From the NCBI GenBank assembly GCA_964187785.1, contig OZ076409.1, positions 12,092,001 to 12,156,000 of the forward strand: a stretch of 64,000 nucleotides of DNA, written 5' to 3'. The notes under the pieces are model-generated. The model was not told where the DNA came from, ran no database searches, and saw only the letters and a list, made by a program, of their open reading frames with translations. The DNA is from Amphiscolops sp. MND2022 (lineage: Eukaryota). Below are positions 62,801-64,000 of the stretch, one piece after another (position 1 is the first letter of the stretch; each line of letters begins with the position of its first letter). Made by a program: the position numbers and the translations under genes.

Positions 62801-64000
62801 CTGCTGCGACTTTCGCCCCCTCAACGCTGTCACAATAAAGGACGCGTATCCCCTCCCACGCATCGATGAAAGCCTTTCACGCTTGGGTAAGGCCAAGATT
62901 TACACCAGTATTGATTTGGCCTGGGCTTTCTGGCAGATACCAGTCCGCAAAGCAGATAGGCAGAAAACGGCCTTTGCCTGCAAGCTGGGTTTGTTTGAGT
63001 GGAGACGTATGCCCTTTGGGATGTGTAACGCTTCAGCTACTTTCCAGCGAGCAATAGCGCGAGCGCTACGGAAAATTGTGAACCGGGAAGGAAGCATGGT
63101 GATGGCGTACATTGACGACATCGTCATTGCTACCGAGACAGTCGAGGACCACATGGTACGCTTACGCGAGGTATTTGAATGTCTGCGCGAAGCTGGCTTC
63201 AAAATGAGAGTCGCTAAGTGCGACTTTATGAAGTCGGAAATCAAGTACCTGGGACGTGTGGTCTCTGCCGAAGGTATCAAACCTGATCCTAAAGCAGTGG
63301 TAAAACTACGCGATTGGGAAGTACCGAGGAACAAAACGGAGATGCAAAGCTTTTTGGGCTTCGCCAACTATTATCGAGAGTTTATTCCTTGGCACGCCAA
63401 GCTTGTGGTCCCCTTGCATGCTATTACCGGCCTGGGCGCGACTTTCGCCTGGGGGGATGAGCAGCAACAGGCTTTCAACACCGTCAAATTGGCTTTGATC
63501 GAGGCAACTGCCTTGGCGCAACCGGACTCGGAGGGCGAATTTGTGCTGGACACTGATGCCAGTGCTGTTGCAATTTCCGGCATTTTGCATCAATGGCAGG
63601 GTCCTCCGGGCGAAAGGCGCCTGAGACCAATTGTGTATGGTAGCAAGAAGTTGAATGCCAGTCAAGCGAAGTATGGCGCTCCCAAGCTTGAAATGTACGC
63701 AGCTTATTATTTCATCTTGAAGAATCACAGTTATCTCTGCTCCAAAAAGTTCATCCTTCGGGTTGACAATCAAGCTCTCTCTTGGCTCAAAACGTATTCC
63801 ACTGATCAGGCCTTGATTGGTCGATGGATTATGGCACTCGAGAAGTACCATTTCAAAGTGGAGCATCGTCCCAGGACACAGCATAGGAATGCCGATGGCC
63901 TCAGTAAACGAACCAATGATTATCGGTGGCGAGAGAAGCAGCTCGAGAAGCTGCCAGCTGTGACAGACAAATGGAATTTCCTCTCACAGGAGGAGTTTGA
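59814..64000 (+). CDS. Intact single-frame gag-pol polyprotein of element C (>1395 aa, 3' end outside the window)
   Basis: Frame-3 ORF after the stop at 59742, first ATG at 59814. Capsid-like Gag (YRGSKDGTVEEWL..RFG..FRLRNQ), protease DTGSG (61602), RT (MPFG, YIDD at 63108, KYLG) and RNase H (DTDAS, KLEMYA, VDNQAL, NADGLS) all lie in one frame. No in-frame stop was found, consistent with its absence from the ORF track. Confidence 0.95.
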   Translation, partial: MKPSEQFQRLCFFLKGGEGTSAAQPIDEPASISLNNATMGMAHTSPRDRGGLLESNHGTDDPKDELISPEQLKFTEAISKTITKALAPLIANRDQTAVRPTLYRGSKDGTVEEWLLVMKRYLERVYSNASPDDKAWAIIDHLGDEARSFIINKPESERDSHEKVTALLSSRFGTGKSRWPVRQAFRLRNQLEKEGLMQYLDALEGLRSQGFPDEPITTRRYEILHRFMDGVSDPVLQRELTVVFATEAYLADPPTVESLRFTVQELQRSRHQQQPRDPECTETVPYQYLQSNQVQGSPVTQQYESLPPLARRSVRLPMPAASVHTTPEYRQTATLEQSARCLQSACARRKLVVHRPEHILDPHSEPQQGAAAAIPAPAVPVKSCTTEVSPGCPTLSIQSETSSPRAEEKKKTDATQTLSTASGRVLMLRPADQATVNAPLTVTCGTKQVQTGLESTTFDPSGRTLLSVHLVLASEQQIRPDLTLEKLKLELASNPAVKKISLPLPKEWYTEGEASTCTAYSPVPVHANIDGVDMKFDASVVVDVFPQGVCLGPHELRCYSISKQEPTGEARIDERASLVVSFAVPDANPIPLRGMVDTGSGVSIMSFSAFNRVALRTGVALQPYRIDLYAANGKTMKTFGIAERVRFQLGGYELETNFVVVDDAHGLEDFLLGRNFLRAYNVLVDLTSMKIVVRAPAKPVWHHAHAQTSDEALSSTVVLDQDVVLQPFERAVLRAKLVTSNLEAFAFSNVVINFATPNRLLKNTIFVEDTIATVGETGSFYVSVGNLTSNAQKVKCGTMLGTAAPVRLVYHAVPQSVLAHKGDSDEKSDSPNEFVNRVYSEMDLNSHSRCSSSSEFEFLSSTDPSEEGLSEREIRKRTDPDLLAPIPGPESQLEEVQKLWGKTARDSLNNILTEFDDLFMKHKADIGRCTIAKHPVELEPGATPHREGARRMSPDKAERANQEVRNLLALGMIQPSLSPWASGIVMVKKKNGELRFCCDFRPLNAVTIKDAYPLPRIDESLSRLGKAKIYTSIDLAWAFWQIPVRKADRQKTAFACKLGLFEWRRMPFGMCNASATFQRAIARALRKIVNREGSMVMAYIDDIVIATETVEDHMVRLREVFECLREAGFKMRVAKCDFMKSEIKYLGRVVSAEGIKPDPKAVVKLRDWEVPRNKTEMQSFLGFANYYREFIPWHAKLVVPLHAITGLGATFAWGDEQQQAFNTVKLALIEATALAQPDSEGEFVLDTDASAVAISGILHQWQGPPGERRLRPIVYGSKKLNASQAKYGAPKLEMYAAYYFILKNHSYLCSKKFILRVDNQALSWLKTYSTDQALIGRWIMALEKYHFKVEHRPRTQHRNADGLSKRTNDYRWREKQLEKLPAVTDKWNFLSQEEF

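Larger units (their letters stand above)
55131..64000 (+). mobile_element. Large GC-richer Ty3/Gypsy LTR retrotransposon, element C (5' part; continues beyond the window)
   Basis: Putative LTR 55131-55903, PBS 55919-55935, long non-coding leader and open gag-PR-RT-RH ORF. Visibly GC-richer than the flanking DNA. The 3' LTR and TSD lie outside the window. Confidence 0.85.

Noticed and set aside
60595..63884. Several long minus-strand ORFs (up to 247 aa) over element C
   Set aside because: They are antisense shadows of the GC-rich gag-pol frame with no domain motifs.
63998..64000. Terminal TGA as the stop of the element C polyprotein
   Set aside because: It is out of frame (codons read GAG TTT GA-), so the ORF continues past the window.

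Overview
AT-rich, repeat-dense eukaryotic (invertebrate animal-like) genomic DNA; no prokaryotic genes, rRNA, intact tRNA genes or CRISPR arrays are evident. The only confidently recognised host gene segment is the first coding exon of a Ca2+/calmodulin-dependent protein kinase II (CDS 37592-37970, +). I found no next coding exon by eye, so most of the right half is probably one long intron. Transposable elements dominate the window. (1) Two related full-length but defective ~5.9 kb Mag-like Ty3/Gypsy elements with ~190-bp LTRs and 5-bp TSDs (8961-14848 +, 43586-49474 -). (2) Two heavily deleted Gypsy relics. (3) A distinct GC-richer Gypsy element starting at 55131, with a 773-bp LTR, a ~3.9 kb leader carrying decayed ~180-bp repeats, and an uninterrupted gag-pol ORF from 59814 that runs off the window and is absent from the ORF track. 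(4) A deleted Tc1 transposon, hAT-, EnSpm- and Tc1-type MITEs, Helentron-type HINEs, tRNA-derived SINEs and a decayed LINE. The most unusual observations are an apparent tandem pseudo-protease plus active protease in the intact element, its nucleosome-length-periodic leader, a WLDD RT motif and an unassigned conserved domain between RNase H and integrase in the Mag-like pair, and a 185-bp near-perfect palindrome. All calls are by eye, without database searches.
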